NCBI RefSeq assembly: GCF_009914755.1
Contig: NC_060932.1
From: the human T2T-CHM13v2.0 reference genome, Homo sapiens
Reading direction: 5' to 3' (one strand)
DNA: 64,000 nucleotides
Shown here: piece after piece, positions 31,441-53,256 of the stretch
Numbering within the stretch: position 1 is the stretch's first letter
Layout of the letters: each line of letters begins with the position of its first letter
Notes under the pieces: model-generated
What the model was told of the DNA's origin: nothing
Seen by the model: only the letters and a program-made list of their open reading frames with translations
Database searches by the model: none
Position numbers and translations under genes: made by a program

Positions 31441-32329
31441 CAGGTGGTCTTCCAAAGGTTCATAGAAAATGCACATGGTGAAGAAACTATGCATGGATTT
31501 CCACTGGTTTGCACTAAAATAAACTTGTCCTAACTTCTGATAACCTTTCTGAACTAGATCTAGTTTGAGGCACTAAGAAGGATGAGACATCCACTGAAAA
31601 GGACTCTCATCAGAGCAACATGAATTCCACGAAAATTGCAGCAAGAGGAAACATCAAATTTATGGTGAAGCTTTGGTGGAAGATTGAAGAAATCATTGAC
31701 GTTTTAAGAAAAGCTTGTAAGGACACTACCCCAAAGAAATGAACTCTTTACGAATGTATAGCTTGTTTCAAGAAGAGGTGAGAAGATGTGGAAGATGAAT
31801 CCTGCAGTGGCTGTGAAAACCACTGTGCCCAGATCAGCTGCAGTTACGACGAGAGCTATCAGTGGAAATTTTAAACAGGAGGGATCACGATCCTGACGCA
31901 TCCCTCTGACAAATTGTAAGCGGAAGTTGGAACATGTCTTCACCAATATGATCTCGAAGGCAAAGCATCATGAAAGCGATGGCTACCAAGAGGTGGCAGT
32001 GGTCCAGTCAAAGGAAAAGGAGGCCAGTCAGGAGCCCACATCATGGCATCAGTGTTTTGGGACACTCAAGGCATTTTGCTTGTTGACTTTCTGAAAGGCC
32101 AAACATCTGCTTATTAGGAGAGTGTTCTGAGAAGCTTAGATAAAGCTTTGGTAGAAACATGCTGGGAAAGTCTCACTAGATCCTTGTTCACCACATCAAT
32201 GCTCTGCTCATTCCTCTCATCAAACAAGGGCAATTTTGTCAGTTTCAATGGGCAGTCCTTAGGAATTCACCTTACGGGCTGCTTTCATTCCTTCTAAATT
32301 CTTTTTGTTTCCTAATGATAAAAAGTCTC
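31441..32329 (+). mobile_element. Hsmar2 remnant, array copy
   Basis: Inverted copy; ATG AAT TCC at ~31620. Confidence 0.88.
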
Positions 32330-34769
32330 CTTGCCTTGCTTGGAAAGATGAGAGAAAGTCTCCTTGCCTTGTTTGGACAGATGAGAGATGAGATCCTCCT
32401 CTTCTCTCCCAGGACAGAATGGTGAGACTTGAGTTTCCTTTCTCCTCACTCTTCTCCTCCTTGAGGGAGCTGCTGTGCCGGACAGACCTGCTCCCGTGTC
32501 TAGACACTGGTAGACTCGTTTAAGTTCCTCACAGGCAATCCTCCATGGGGTCAAAGTGGAAGGACTTATTTCTTCAGGGCTCAGTAGTCCACATCCTGGC
32601 GCGCACCTTCACCAGCCCAGGGCGGGGTAGAGGAGGGTGAAAGGGCGTGGCTCAGAGCCCGCTTCTTCCGCTCGGGCGTATCCTGGGAGGAACCCTTGTC
32701 CGGTGAGCATGTCTTCGTCTCTACCAAATTCCCTAGTGGGACATTTCTGGCAGCCCTACTTGTTCAGCAGCTTACGGGGGTCAGGTGGACCTCTGCTAGT
32801 CACCAGCCTGAAGCCCTTTCTCCATTTCAGCTATTTTGGCAGTTGCCTAGGTGACTTTTGAACCTCATTATCCAGAACAGCAAACGGACGAGGGGTGAGA
32901 AGAGTGGCCGTCTGGGTTTGCAGCATAGTGCTGCCTTCTAGGAGTTGTGCAGTCTTCGATTGTGTGAAACTTCACCTGGCTGATTTGTGGCAATGCCTCC
33001 ACAAATTCGCTAAATTCAGTAGCTTTTGCCTTCCAAGATTCATTTACACAATGTTGAATGCTTTAAATGAATGAGCATGAAGAGTGCTGGGCTGGAAAGT
33101 GATGAGATGGGTGGTAGGGACTCCTCGGAGTAGAGGAGTAGAGTTTTACTATTATGACTAGGAGGCAAATAAAAAGAAGCTGAACGTGATCCATAATAAA
33201 AGAAGCACACACTCACAGAGCTCCATACCAACTACATTAAAATGGAAATCATGATATTTGGAAATACAACTTAATTGGAAATCATTAAGTAATCTCATCA
33301 ACCTTTTTACAGTGGGTGGCAGGGCTATGGAGGGAAAACAGCAATGGTTCTGGCACCTACTTAACTTGATTCCATTAAATTCACCCAACAGGCCTCCAGA
33401 GAACATATTACTGCTTTGATATTACAAAGGGAAAAACAGCTATGGCGTCTCTGAAAAGCACAACGTGCTAGGACTGGAATGACTTTAAAACCACACATAA
33501 ATTTCTGAGAGATTTTTGCCATAAGGTACCATCCACCTTACTGTAAACCACATCCTAAAATTGTCTGCAGTGCAAATGGATTATGTGCATCCAACAGGAA
33601 ACAGCATAGGTTGAGAAGCTGTTACTTAATAGCTTCATTGTCACCACGAGTGTAAAGTGTGGGGTCTCATCACTTTTGCACCCACGTTTTGCCTGTTGGT
33701 TTCTCCACACTGTCAGGAGCATTTGACCAACTCACTGTGGCTCAGGGTCCCTTACGCAGCCTGTTGGGGAAACCAGTGGGTATTGAAGACCTGCCTCTGG
33801 TGTGCCAGGAGGTTGTGCCTGCCGGCCACTCTGACTTGTGATCTTCCGCCTCAGTGTATGGCTTCCTACACCTGGGTAATTAACATTGCCAGCATGATAA
33901 GGAGGTCCTTTCATCACTATTGCCACTAGTCCTTCCGACTCCTGTGCCCTGTTTCTCCTTTATTGGAACCCAAGAACGAGTAAACATAGCATTTTCAAAC
34001 ATCCCGCCCCCTTCCCTGGTAACACCAATATTCCACCATCCCAATTCCCTCACAAGCATTCAGTCTCTCCACCCTGAGGTGGTGAAATCCCTGCAGGCAT
34101 TTATAAGTATACCTGGACAGAAGAAATACAAGATACCGTTCTATTAACTCAATATAGTGTTGCTAAGTTCGTACTTGTGCTTGGTTTATTTTATTTTATA
34201 AATACGTATCACTCGCATGGTTCCAAATGCGGTAGGCACAGAGAGTATATATGATGGAATTACATCCTCCTTCCCTGCACTCACCAACCGAGATCATCCC
34301 GCTACGGGCACTCAAAGGTTTCATTGTCTGAAATATCAGCCTAAACGTAGTTTATGTTTAGGAAGCAACAACCGTAAATAGGCCCACATCCAAACGGAGT
34401 GGATTTAGGTTTCACTTTTTCAAGGAAAAACCATCAAAGAATTTTTCCACATACTTATAAACCATCCCACGTATAGAATCCATTTTTACTGACACAAATT
34501 TAGTACCAATAAACGACTCTTCTTCTCAATTTGTTTTATTTAACAATAAGTCTTGAACGTCATTCCCAGTTAACATTTTGAAGAGTTTCCTCTCTTTCGT
34601 TCTGTTTTAGCTGCAAAGTATTCTTCCGTAAGGATGAACGTACTATAATTTATTAGCCAGCCACTTAGTGATGTACAATTAAGCAGTTTTAAATCTTTGA
34701 CTCTTGAAAATATTGTTTCTCACACATAAATATTTCTATAAAATAAATTAGTTGAATTAGAATTGTTGG

Positions 34770-34980
34770 AGTTCAAGACCAGCCTGGCCAACATGGTGAA
34801 ACCCCATCTCTACTAGAAACACAAAATTAGCCGGACATGCCGGTGCATGCCTCTAATCTCAGGTGAGGCAGGAGAATCACTTCAACCTGGGAGGCAGAGG
34901 TTGTAGTGACTCGAAATCACGCCACTGCACTCCAGCCTGGGCGACGCGAGCGAAACTCTGTCTCAAAAAACCAAAAAAAA
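34770..34980 (+). mobile_element. Truncated AluS-like SINE, array copy
   Basis: gagttcaagaccagcctggccaacatggtg... Confidence 0.85.
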
Positions 34981-35108
34981 TTAAACATAAAAAGAAAAGC
35001 GGTACATATACCCAATAGAACACAATTCAGCCTTAAAAAAGAAAGAAATCATCTCATTGGCAACACGAATGAGCCTAGAGGATGGTACACTGAGTGAAAG
35101 AAAGCAAA

Positions 35109-35402
35109 GGCCAGGCACTGTGGCTCATGCCTGTAATCCCAGTACTTTGGGAGGCCATGGCAGGTGGAAGCGTTGAGCCCAGGAGTTGGAGATGAACCTG
35201 GGTAACATGGTGAAACCCAATCTCTAAAAGAAACACAAAAATTAGCCAAGTGTGGCGTTGGACGCCTGTAGTCCAAGCTATTCAGGAGGCCGAAGCGGGA
35301 GGAACTCTCGACCCCGGGAGGTGGAGGCCGTGGTGAGTGAGCCGTGTTTGTGTCACTGTACTCCAGCCTGGGTGACAGACTGAGACCCTGTCTCAAAAAA
35401 TA
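35109..35402 (+). mobile_element. AluJ-like SINE, array copy
   Basis: ggccaggcactgtggctcatgcctgtaatcccag... Confidence 0.9.
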
Positions 35403-36837
35403 AATAATTACATAATAAAGATTTAAAAAGCAAGCACAAAAAGACAAATACTGCATGATCTCACTTATATGTGCAATCTCAAACAATGCAACTCATAGCT
35501 GTAGAGAGCAGAACGGTGGTTACCCGAGGCAGGGGTCAGGGAGGGACTGGAGAGATGATAGTCTCATGATACAAAATTTCAGAGAGGAATGGTTCTAGAG
35601 ATCTATTGAACAGCCTGGCATCTACAGTGTATAAGTATGTATTGTATACTTGAAAATTGCTATAAGAGTAGATTTTAGACATGTCCTCATCACATTAAAA
35701 TCAGTATGTGAGGAAACGAGTGTGTTAATTAGCTTGATTTTGTCATTCCACAATGTATACACGTATGAAACATCATGTTGTATGCCATAAATATATATAA
35801 TTTTTATTTGTCAAGTTAAAATTAAAATTCATATAAATTATAAAAATAAAATGAAATAACATACACTACAAAAGACGTTTATTTATTAAATCCCCACAGA
35901 AGGGGTCTAAGTGATAAAGGAAAATAAAATTCCGGGAACGGTAAAATCAATCAGAAATGCCCTACTTCAGTGCTTTCCGAAATTTGTCTGACAGAGTGGA
36001 AATCCAGTTTTTCACTAAGTCACTGTTCTGGAACAGTTTGTGTGTGTGTATGTATGTGTGTGAGGGCTCACATACACAAATTGAACTAATGGAAGTGTAA
36101 GCATTCAAATTATCAGTTTAATTTAGTTCTATACATATACACACACACACACTCACACACCGAAAACATTGATAAAATCAGCCATTCCAGCAAAACTAGC
36201 TACTTAGTGTCTATCTCTCCTTGAAGATTCAAACTAGAAATGAGGATTTAGAGAGGCATGATGGTTCGTTCTCTCTTGGAGCCCAGTTCGAAGTTGACTG
36301 ACTGATTCAGTCATTGTAATTGGTTGGTCTTGGGGAAGAATCCACTTTGACTCTTGGGAAGTCAGCTAGGTCAGCGGACAGAGCAGGGGCTCTGGAGCCA
36401 GACTGCCTGCACCCGACTTCTAGCTATGATACCTTGGATAAACTACTTATCACCTGGGCTTCAGGTTCCTCATCTGTAAAATGGGGATAAGAATGCTATC
36501 TCTCTCACAACTATTAGGAGGACTGACTGGGTTAATACGTGCAAAGTACCAAGTACATAAGAAACCAACAGCCAGTGCTCATTACAATCATTATTATTTT
36601 GGGCAAGTTAAGCCGCATGGTTTCTTTAGGTATAAAATTAGGCTTTATTTACCTACCTGTTGGGTTGTTCCAAGGATTAATCACATAGTGTTCATGAATT
36701 CCCTTTATAAACTATTATAGAAAAGAAATATAGTTAACATTAATTGAACACCTACTATGTGCGATCGTTTTAAGGCTTGCCATGTGCTGCTTCATTCAGT
36801 CCGCACCATGACATTAGGATCACACTTTCGTTTTCCA

Positions 36838-40501
<3,664 letters not shown>

Positions 40502-41065
40502 GATCACACTTTAAAGACCAAAAGGTAGAAGCGCAAAGACGTTATCTGTCCAATATTACAAACCTAGTAAGTGGTGGAATTTGGCCTTGAACCCAGATCT
40601 GTAACTCCAGAGCCGAAGTGCTTCACCCACCTCCCTGTGGTGCCTCTACAGAAAAAGAGGTAAGCAGGCATTCCGAAAGCTGGTGGGCCGGGGGGCTGGC
40701 CTTGTACTCAGAAGCCATGGAAGTCCCACGTGGGGTGGCTAGTGGTGTAAGGACAGAGGTCTCGGATGGGCAGAGGGATGTGGACAGGCGCGAGGGCGCG
40801 CGGCAGGGACTCGGGGGACTGGGAGTGGCGGCTCGGGGCTGCGGGAGGCGATTGGTGGAAGGACAGAGGTCTGGGAGGGGCAGAGGGATGTGGACAGGCC
40901 CGAGGGGCCGCGGCAGGGATTCCGGGGGACCGGGAGTGGGGGGTTGGGGTTACTCTTGGCTTTTTGCCCTCTCCTGCCGCCGGCTGCTCCAGTTTCTTTC
41001 GCTTTGCGGCGAGGTGGGCAGGGTGAGCTCTCGGGACTGATGGCGGTTTTGGAAGAGGCCTGGGG

Positions 41066-43093
41066 CTAAGGACAGGCCAGGGCGGCGGGAGAGGCGGACC
41101 GGTGGCGTGGCTGGATCTGGGCGCGCTGTCGGACCTTCCACATCACCAGCTGCAGGCAGGCGTTTGCGTCCTCGCTGGAGTTGTGGCCGTCCTGGCTGTC
41201 CTGGATGATCTGTGCCAGGTAGTCGGCCGCGAGATTCCTGAGGGAGCGCTTGTAGGGGAAACCCAGGTAGTGCGGGAAGAGCACGGCCGTGTCCACCACG
41301 GTGCTGTGGATGAGCTTCAGGGCCAGCAGGTCGCTCTCCAGGCTGTGCCCGATGAGGATGGTTTGGGCGCTGAAAAAGCTCAGCAGGATGGCTTGGACTT
41401 GGGGCAACGTGATGCTCGTCTTGGCGACGTCGGCCTCGGTGACTCCGGAAAACCTGGTGTTGTAGTCCACGATCTCGTTGTCGGGCTTGACGAAGGTGTC
41501 GTACACCACTCGCATGTCGGCGTCCACCACGGTGACGCGGGTCAGCTCTAGGCCATGCGTGGTGTAGCACATCTCACAGTCCAAGGCGTAGATTCCTGGA
41601 TAAGCGTCTCTGGACAACTCTTTCTTGAAGGTCTCCACGAAGCCATCGAGGCTCTCCTTGCGGCCGTCCCGCACGTGCTGCTTTGCCACCTGGCAGCCCA
41701 CAGAGCCAGGAGCAGCTGCACAGCAGGTGTACTGGCTAACCCGGCCTCCAGCCACCTGGCTCGAGCGGACCCGCCCCCAGTGATAATAACACAACTGGTC
41801 GCGTACACAGCGGCCCGAGGAGGACACCAGGTACTCGGTGCCACAACGGCAGCAGACCCTGCAGGAGGAGTCGCCGGGCCCCTTCCCCTGGCCAGTGAAG
41901 AGGACGGCGCCTCCGGGCCGCTCGGGGTGCGGGAAGGGGTAGCCGTTCTCCTTGAGCTGGTCCTGGGTGAGCAGGAACTCCTGGAGGCGGCTGTACAGGG
42001 CGGCCCTGCTGAGGCCGGGCATGGAGCTGGGGGTCAGGCCCTTCAGTCTCTTGAGGGTGTTCAGGACCACGTTCAGGTACCTGTTCTTGTTGGGGCTGCA
42101 GTCGTAGGCCACCTTCTCCTCGTTCAGCGCCTTCTCCTCGGCCTCCTGCTTGGAGGCGCAGAACTTGAGACATTCTTCGGTGAACAGTTGGAGATAGCCT
42201 CGGCGGAGGACGGTGGGGACTTGGCACCCAGAGCTTCGGAGGATAATGGGTTTCTTCAAACTCAAACTCGGTAAGGATGGACGACGGACGATTCGCTTAG
42301 AGCTGGTGGTGGCGGTGGTCTTGCATGCCATCCCTGACCTGTTGCGCGTCTTCCCTGGCTGTCTGCCGACCTTGGAGCCACGGGAGCGTTGGCTGCTGCT
42401 GGCCACCCGGGTTCTCTTGGCATCTGTGTAACCTGTGACCAAGCAAGGGCTGGAAGAGTGGGCGATCGTCTTCCTCTTCCTGGGGGCTGAGATGCGGACT
42501 CCCGAGGGCCTCTCTGTCAGCCTTGGGGCGGCTGGCAAGCGGCAGGCCGATCCCCTCTGCGCAGGGAAGTAGCACGACTCCGTCACCATCTTGGGCCACG
42601 CTGGGGGCACCGCCGGACCCCTGTTCTGGGGCTCCGCCTGGATGTCCACAAATGCTGAGGCCTGCTTGTGCATCTGGGGCACCCAGAGCCCGAAGCTCTG
42701 GGCAGGCTGATGAGAGGGCAGTGGGAATTCTGGAGCCTCGAGGGCCGCCTCCTCGGCCACCTTCTTAGCTTCTGGGTATCCAGGTGGGAACCAGCAGGGA
42801 GCTGTGGCTCGCAACATCTTGCTGCCTTCGGGAGCACCGGCCGGGCTCTGCTCCGCTCCCAAATGGCGGCTTGCCTCCGGGGCCGCCTCCTTGGCCACCT
42901 TCTTAGCTTCTGGGTATCCAGGGCGGAACCAGCAGGGAGCTGTGGCTCGCAACATCTTGCTGCCTTCGGGAGCACCGGCCTGGCTCTGCTCCCCTCCCAA
43001 ATGGCGGCTTGCCTCCAGGGCCGCCTCCTCGGCCACCTTCTTAGCTTCTGGGTATCCAGGGGGGAACCAGCAGGGAGCTGTGGCTCGCAACAT
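41066..43093 (-). CDS. REXO1L1: REXO1-like exonuclease GOR, copy 4
   Basis: Intact ORF with variants KVAKE and RRPS. Confidence 0.9.
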   Translation of the reverse strand: MLRATAPCWFPPGYPEAKKVAEEAALEASRHLGGEQSQAGAPEGSKMLRATAPCWFRPGYPEAKKVAKEAAPEASRHLGAEQSPAGAPEGSKMLRATAPCWFPPGYPEAKKVAEEAALEAPEFPLPSHQPAQSFGLWVPQMHKQASAFVDIQAEPQNRGPAVPPAWPKMVTESCYFPAQRGSACRLPAAPRLTERPSGVRISAPRKRKTIAHSSSPCLVTGYTDAKRTRVASSSQRSRGSKVGRQPGKTRNRSGMACKTTATTSSKRIVRRPSLPSLSLKKPIILRSSGCQVPTVLRRGYLQLFTEECLKFCASKQEAEEKALNEEKVAYDCSPNKNRYLNVVLNTLKRLKGLTPSSMPGLSRAALYSRLQEFLLTQDQLKENGYPFPHPERPGGAVLFTGQGKGPGDSSCRVCCRCGTEYLVSSSGRCVRDQLCYYHWGRVRSSQVAGGRVSQYTCCAAAPGSVGCQVAKQHVRDGRKESLDGFVETFKKELSRDAYPGIYALDCEMCYTTHGLELTRVTVVDADMRVVYDTFVKPDNEIVDYNTRFSGVTEADVAKTSITLPQVQAILLSFFSAQTILIGHSLESDLLALKLIHSTVVDTAVLFPHYLGFPYKRSLRNLAADYLAQIIQDSQDGHNSSEDANACLQLVMWKVRQRAQIQPRHRSASPAALACP

Positions 43094-43149
43094 CTTGCTG
43101 CCTTCGGGAGCACCGGCCTGGCTCTGCTCCTCTCCCAACTGGCGGCTTC

Positions 43150-43242
43150 AATGAGTGCTGCGGCCGCCACTTGTCGCCTTTATATAGGCACAGGGCAGAC
43201 TGGGTGGGACTTCTCCTTGATAGGTTGGTGCTTCAGTCCAAT
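43150..43242 (-). promoter_or_regulatory. CCAAT/TATA promoter of copy 4
   Basis: cctttatata at 43177-43186 with ccaat upstream. Confidence 0.7.
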
Positions 43243-43631
43243 CACACTGAGCCTCATCTTCCACCAGACTCCAGCTTGGGAATGCCTCAGGGGGTGCGCT
43301 AATGGAATCAACTGGAACTCCCGGTTGCTAAACTTGGAGCTAGGTTGCTTTTCCTGAGTTAAGTAACTGTCCCTGCAGGGCAGTCCTATAATGGCTACTG
43401 GAATTGGGCTACCTAGGATTAAATTAAGGTTCAGGGAGGTTGGTCAACTTGCTTGGGCCCACACAGCACCCCTTGGAGCCAGGACTGGGCCAGCAGTCTG
43501 CTGCATGCTGGAGGGCGGGATCCCTCTGGGGCTGCCTTTCCCTGCTCTGTGCACTCCGCCGCTGCGGGCAAATTGAGGACAGGAAGCGGACCGCACCCAC
43601 TTCTCTCCCAGGACTTGGGCAATGTTCAACA

Positions 43632-44520
43632 CAGGTGGTCTTCCAAAGGTTCATAGAAAATGCACATGGTGAAGAAACTATGCATGGATTTCCACTGGTT
43701 TGCACTAAAATAAACTTGTCCTAACTTCTGATAACCTTTCTGAACTAGATCTAGTTTGAGGCACTAAGAAGGATGAGACATCCACTGAAAAGGACTCCCA
43801 TCAGAGCAACTTGAATTCCACGAAAATTGCAGCAAGAGGAAACATCAAATTTATGGTGTAGCTTGGGTGGAAGATTGAAGAAATCATTGACGTTTTAAGA
43901 AAAGCTTGTAAGGACACTACCCCAAAGAAATGAACTCTTTACGAATGTATAGCTTGTTTCAAGAAGAGGTGAGAAGATGTGGAAGATGAATCCTGCAGTG
44001 GCTGTGAAAACCACTGTGCCCAGATCAGCTGCAGTTACGACGAGAGCTATCAGTGGAAATTTTAAACAGGAGGGATCACGATCCTGACGCATCCCTCTGA
44101 CAAATTGTAAGCGGCAGTTGGAACATGGCTTCACCAATATGATCTCGAAGGCAAAGCATCATGAAAGCGATGGCTACCAAGAGGTGGCAGTGGTCCAGTC
44201 AAAGGAAAAGGAGGCCAGTCAGGAGCCCACATCATGGCATCAGTGTTTTGGGACACTCAACGCATTTTGCTTGTTGACTTTCTGAAAGGCCAAACATCTG
44301 CTTATTAGGAGAGTGTTCTGAGAAGCTTAGATAAAGCTTTGGTAGAAACATGCTGGGAAAGTCTCACTAGATCCTTGTTCACCACATCAATGCTCTGCTC
44401 ATTCCTCTCATCAAACAAGGGCAATTTTGTCAGTTTCAATGGGCAGTCCTTAGGAATTCACCTTACGGGCTGCTTTCATTCCTTCTAAATTCTTTTTGTT
44501 TCCTAATGATAAAAAGTCTC
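43632..44520 (+). mobile_element. Hsmar2 remnant, array copy
   Basis: Inverted copy. Confidence 0.88.
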
Positions 44521-46960
44521 CTTGCCTTGCTTGGAAAGATGAGAGAAAGTCTCCTTGCCTTGTTTGGACAGATGAGAGATGAGATCCTCCTCTTCTCTCC
44601 CAGGACAGAATGGTGAGACTTGAGTTTCCTTTCTCCTCACTCTTCTCCTCCTTGAGGGAGCTGCTGTGCCGGACAGACCTGCCCCCGTGTCTAGACACTG
44701 GTAGACTCGTTTAAGTTCCTCACAGGCAATCCTCCATGGGGTCAAAGTGGAAGGACTTATTTCTTCAGGGCTCAGTAGTCCACATCCTGGCGCGCACCTT
44801 CACCAGCCCAGGGCGGGGTAGAGGAGGGTGAAAGGGCGTGGCTCAGAGCCCGCTTCTTCCGCTCGGGCGTATCCTGGGAGGAACCCTTGTCCGGTGAGCA
44901 TGTCTTCGTCTCTACCAAATTCCCTAGTGGGACATTTCTGGCAGCCCTACTTGTTCAGCAGCTTACGGGGGTCAGGTGGACCTCTGCTAGTCACCAGCCT
45001 GAAGCCCTTTCTCCATTTCAGCTATTTTGGCAGTTGCCTAGGTGACTTTTGAACCTCATTATCCAGAACAGCAAACGGACGAGGGGTGAGAAGAGTGGCC
45101 GTCTGGGTTTGCAGCATAGTGCTGCCTTCTAGGAGTTGTGCAGTCTTCGATTGTGTGAAACTTCACCTGGCTGATTTGTGGCAATGCCTCCACAAATTCG
45201 CTAAATTCAGTAGCTTTTGCCTTCCAAGATTCATTTACACAATGTTGAATGCTTTAAATGAATGAGCATGAAGAGTGCTGGGCTGGAAAGTGATGAGATG
45301 GGTGGTAGGGACTCCTCGGAGTAGAGGAGTAGAGTTTTACTATTATGACTAGGAGGCAAATAAAAAGAAGCTGAACGTGATCCATAATAAAAGAAGCACA
45401 CACTCACAGAGCTCCATACCAACTACATTAAAATGGAAATCATGATATTTGGAAATACAACTTAATTGGAAATCATTAAGTAATCTCATCAACCTTTTTA
45501 CAGTGGGTGGCAGGGCTATGGAGGGAAAACAGCAATGGTTCTGGCACCTACTTAACTTGATTCCATTAAATTCACCCAACAGGCCTCCAGAGAAGATATT
45601 ACTGCTTTGATATTACAAAGGGAAAAACAGCTATGGCGTCTCTGAAAAGCGCAACGTGCTAGGACTGGAATGACTTTAAAACCACACATAAATTTCTGAG
45701 AGATTTTTGCCATAAGGTACCATCCACCTTACTGTAAACCACATCCTAAAATTGTCTGCAGTGCAAATGGATTATGTGCATCCAACAGGAAACAGCATAG
45801 GTTGAGAAGCTGTTACTTAATAGCTTCATTGTCACCACGAGTGTAAAGTGTGGGGTCTCATCACTTTTGCACCCACGTTTTGCCTGTTGGTTTCTCCACA
45901 CTGTCAGGAGCATTTGACCAACTCACTGTGGCTCAGGGTCCCTTACGCAGCCTGTTGGGGAAACCAGTGGGTATTGAAGACCTGCCTCTGGTGTGCCAGG
46001 AGGTTGTGCCTGCCGGCCACTCTGACTTGCGATCTTCCGCCTCAGTGTATGGCTTCCTACAGCTGGGTAATTAACATAGCCAGCATGATAAGGAGGTCCT
46101 TTCATCACTATTGCCACTAGTCCTTCCGACTCCTGTGCCCTGTTTCTCCTTTATTGGAACCCAAGAACGAGTAAACATAGCATTTTCAAACATCCCGCCC
46201 CCTTCCCTGGTAACACCAATATTCCACCATCCTAATTCCCTCACAAGCATTCAGTCTCTCCACCCTGAGGTGGTGAAATCCCTGCAGGCATTTATAAGTA
46301 TACCTGGACAGAAGAAATACAAGATACCGTTCTATTAACTCAATATAGTGTTGCTAAGTTCGTACTTGTGCTTGGTTTATGTTATTTTATAAATACGTAT
46401 CACTCGCATGGTTCCAAATGCGGTAGGCACAGAGAGTATATATGATGGAATTACATCCTCCTTCCCTGCACTCAGCAACCGAGATCTTCCCGCTACGGGC
46501 ACTCAAAGGTTTCATTGTCTGAAATATCAGCCTAAACGTAGTTTATGTTTAGGAAGCAACAACCGTAAATAGGCCCACATCCAAACGGAGTGGATTTAGG
46601 TTTCACTTTTTCAAGGAAAAACCATCAAAGAATTTTTCCACATACTTATAAACCATCCCACGTATAGAATCCATTTTTACTGACACAAATTTAGTACCAA
46701 TAAACGACTCTTCTTCTCAATTTGTTTTATTTAACAATAAGTCTTGAACGTCATTCCCAGTTAACATTTTGAAGAGTTTCCTCTCTTTCGTTCTGTTTTA
46801 GCTGCAAAGTATTCTTCCGTAAGGATGAACGTACTATAATTTATTAGCCAGCCACTTAGTGATGTACAATTAAGCAGTTTTAAATCTTTGAGTCTTGAAA
46901 ATATTGTTTCTCACACATAAATATTTCTATAAAATAAATTAGTTGAATTAGAATTGTTGG

Positions 46961-47171
46961 AGTTCAAGACCAGCCTGGCCAACATGGTGAAACCCCATCT
47001 CTACTAGAAACACAAAATTAGCCGGACATGCCGGTACATGCCTCTAATCTCAGGTGAGGCAGGAGAATCACTTCAACCTGGGAGGCAGAGGTTGTAGTGA
47101 CTCGAAATCACGCCACTGCACTCCAGCCTGGGCGACGCGAGCGAAACTCTGTCTCAAAAAACCAAAAAAAA
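46961..47171 (+). mobile_element. Truncated AluS-like SINE, array copy
   Basis: Inverted copy. Confidence 0.85.
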
Positions 47172-47299
47172 TTAAACATAAAAAGAAAAGCGGTACATAT
47201 ACCCAATAGAACACAATTCAGCCTTAAAAAAGAAAGAAATCATCTCATTGGCAACACGAATGAGCCTAGAGGATGGTACACTGAGTGAAAGAAAGCAAA

Positions 47300-47593
47300 G
47301 GCCAGGCACGGTGGCTCATGCCTGTAATCCCAGTACTTTGGGAGGCCAAGGCAGGTGGAAGCGTTGAGCCCAGGAGTTGGAGATGAACCTGGGCAACATG
47401 GTGAAACCCCATCTCTAAAAGAAACACAAAAATTAGCCAAGTGTGGCGTTGGACGCCTGTAGTCCTAGCTATTCAGGAGGCTGAAGCGGGAGGAACTCTC
47501 GACCCCGGGAGGTGGAGGCCGTGGTGAGTGAGCCGTGTTTGTGTCACTGTACTCCAGCCTGGGTGACAGACTGAGACCCTGTCTCAAAAAATA
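47300..47593 (+). mobile_element. AluJ-like SINE, array copy
   Basis: Inverted copy. Confidence 0.9.
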
Positions 47594-49028
47594 AATAATT
47601 ACATAATAAAGATTTAAAAAGCAAGCACAAAAAGACAAATACTGCATGATCTCACTTATATGTGCAATCTCAAACAATGCAACTCATAGCTGTAGAGAGC
47701 AGAACGGTGGTTACCCGAGGCAGGGGTCAGGGAGGGACTGGAGAGATGATAGTCTCATGATACAAAATTTCAGAGAGGAATGGTTCTAGAGATCTATTGA
47801 ACAGCCTGGCATCTACAGTGTATAACTATGTATTGTATACTTGAAAATTGCTATAAGAGTAGATTTTAGACATGTCCTCATCACATTAAAATCAGTATGT
47901 GAGGAAACGAGTGTGTTAATTAGCTTGATTTTGTCATTCCACAATGTATACACGTATGAAACATCATGTTGTATGCCATAAATATATATAATTTTTATTT
48001 GTCAAGTTAAAATTAAAATTCATATAAATTATAAAAATAAAATGAAATAACATACACTACAAAAGACGTTTATTTATTAAATCCCCACAGAAGGGGTCTA
48101 AGTGATAAAGGAAAATAAAATTCCGGGAACGGTAAAATCAATCAGAAATGCCCTACTTCAGTGCTTTCCGAAATTTGTCTGACAGAGTGGAAATCCAGTT
48201 TTTCACTAAGTCACTGTTCTGGAACAGTTTGTGTGTGTGTATGTATGTGTGTGAGGGCTCACATACACAAATTGAACTAATGGAAGTGTAAGCATTCAAA
48301 TTATCAGTTTAATTTAGTTCTATACATATACACACACACACACTCACACACCGAAAACATTGATAAAATCAGCCATTCCAGCAAAACTAGCTACTTAGTG
48401 TCTATCTCTCCTTGAAGATTCAAACTAGAAATGAGGATTTAGAGAGGCATGATGGTTCGTTCTCTCTTGGAGCCCAGTTCGAAGTTGACTGACTGATTCA
48501 GTCATTGTAATTGGTTGGTCTTGGGGAAGAATCCACTTTGACTCTTGGGAAGTCAGCTAGGTCAGCGGACAGAGCAGGGGCTCTGGAGCCAGACTGCCTG
48601 CACCCGACTTCTAGCTATGATACCTTGGATAAACTACTTATCACCTGGGCTTCAGGTTCCTCATCTGTAAAATGGGGATAAGAATGCTATCTCTCTCACA
48701 ACTATTAGGAGGACTGACTGGGTTAATACGTGCAAAGTACCAAGTACATAAGAAACCAACAGCCAGTGCTCATTACAATCATTATTATTTTGGGCAAGTT
48801 AAGCCGCATGGTTTCTTTAGGTATAAAATTAGGCTTTATTTACCTACCTGTTGGGTTGTTCCAAGGATTAATCACATAGTGTTCATGAATTCCCTTTATA
48901 AACTATTATAGAAAAGAAATATAGTTAACATTAATTGAACACCTACTATGTGCGATCGTTTTAAGGCTTGCCATGTGCTGCTTCATTCAGTCCGCACCAT
49001 GACATTAGGATCACACTTTCGTTTTCCA

Positions 49029-52692
<3,664 letters not shown>

Positions 52693-53256
52693 GATCACAC
52701 TTTAAAGACCAAAAGGTAGAAGCGCAAAGACGTTATCTGTCCAATATTACAAACCTAGTAAGTGGTGGAATTTGGCCTTGAACCCAGATCTGTAACTCCA
52801 GAGCCGAAGTGCTTCACCCACCTCCCTGTGGTGCCTCTACAGAAAAAGAGGTAAGCAGGCATTCCGAAAGCTGGTGGGCCGGGGGGCTGGCCTTGTACTC
52901 AGAAGCCATGGAAGTCCCACGTGGGGTGGCTAGTGGTGTAAGGACAGAGGTCTCGGATGGGCAGAGGGATGTGGACAGGCGCGAGGGCGCGCGGCAGGGA
53001 CTCGGGGGACTGGGAGTGGCGGCTCGGGGCTGCGGGAGGCGATTGGTGGAAGGACAGAGGTCTGGGAGGGGCAGAGGGATGTGGACAGGCCCGAGGGGCC
53101 GCGGCAGGGATTCCGGGGGACCGGGAGTGGGGGGTTGGGGTTACTCTTGGCTTTTTGCCCTCTCCTGCCGCCGGCTGCTCCAGTTTCTTTCGCTTTGCGG
53201 CGAGGTGGGCAGGGTGAGCTCTCGGGACTGATGGCGGTTTTGGAAGAGGCCTGGGG

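Noticed and set aside
35049-35486. 145-aa ORF unique to one unit
   Set aside because: Antisense Alu/L1M sequence fused by chance loss of a stop codon.
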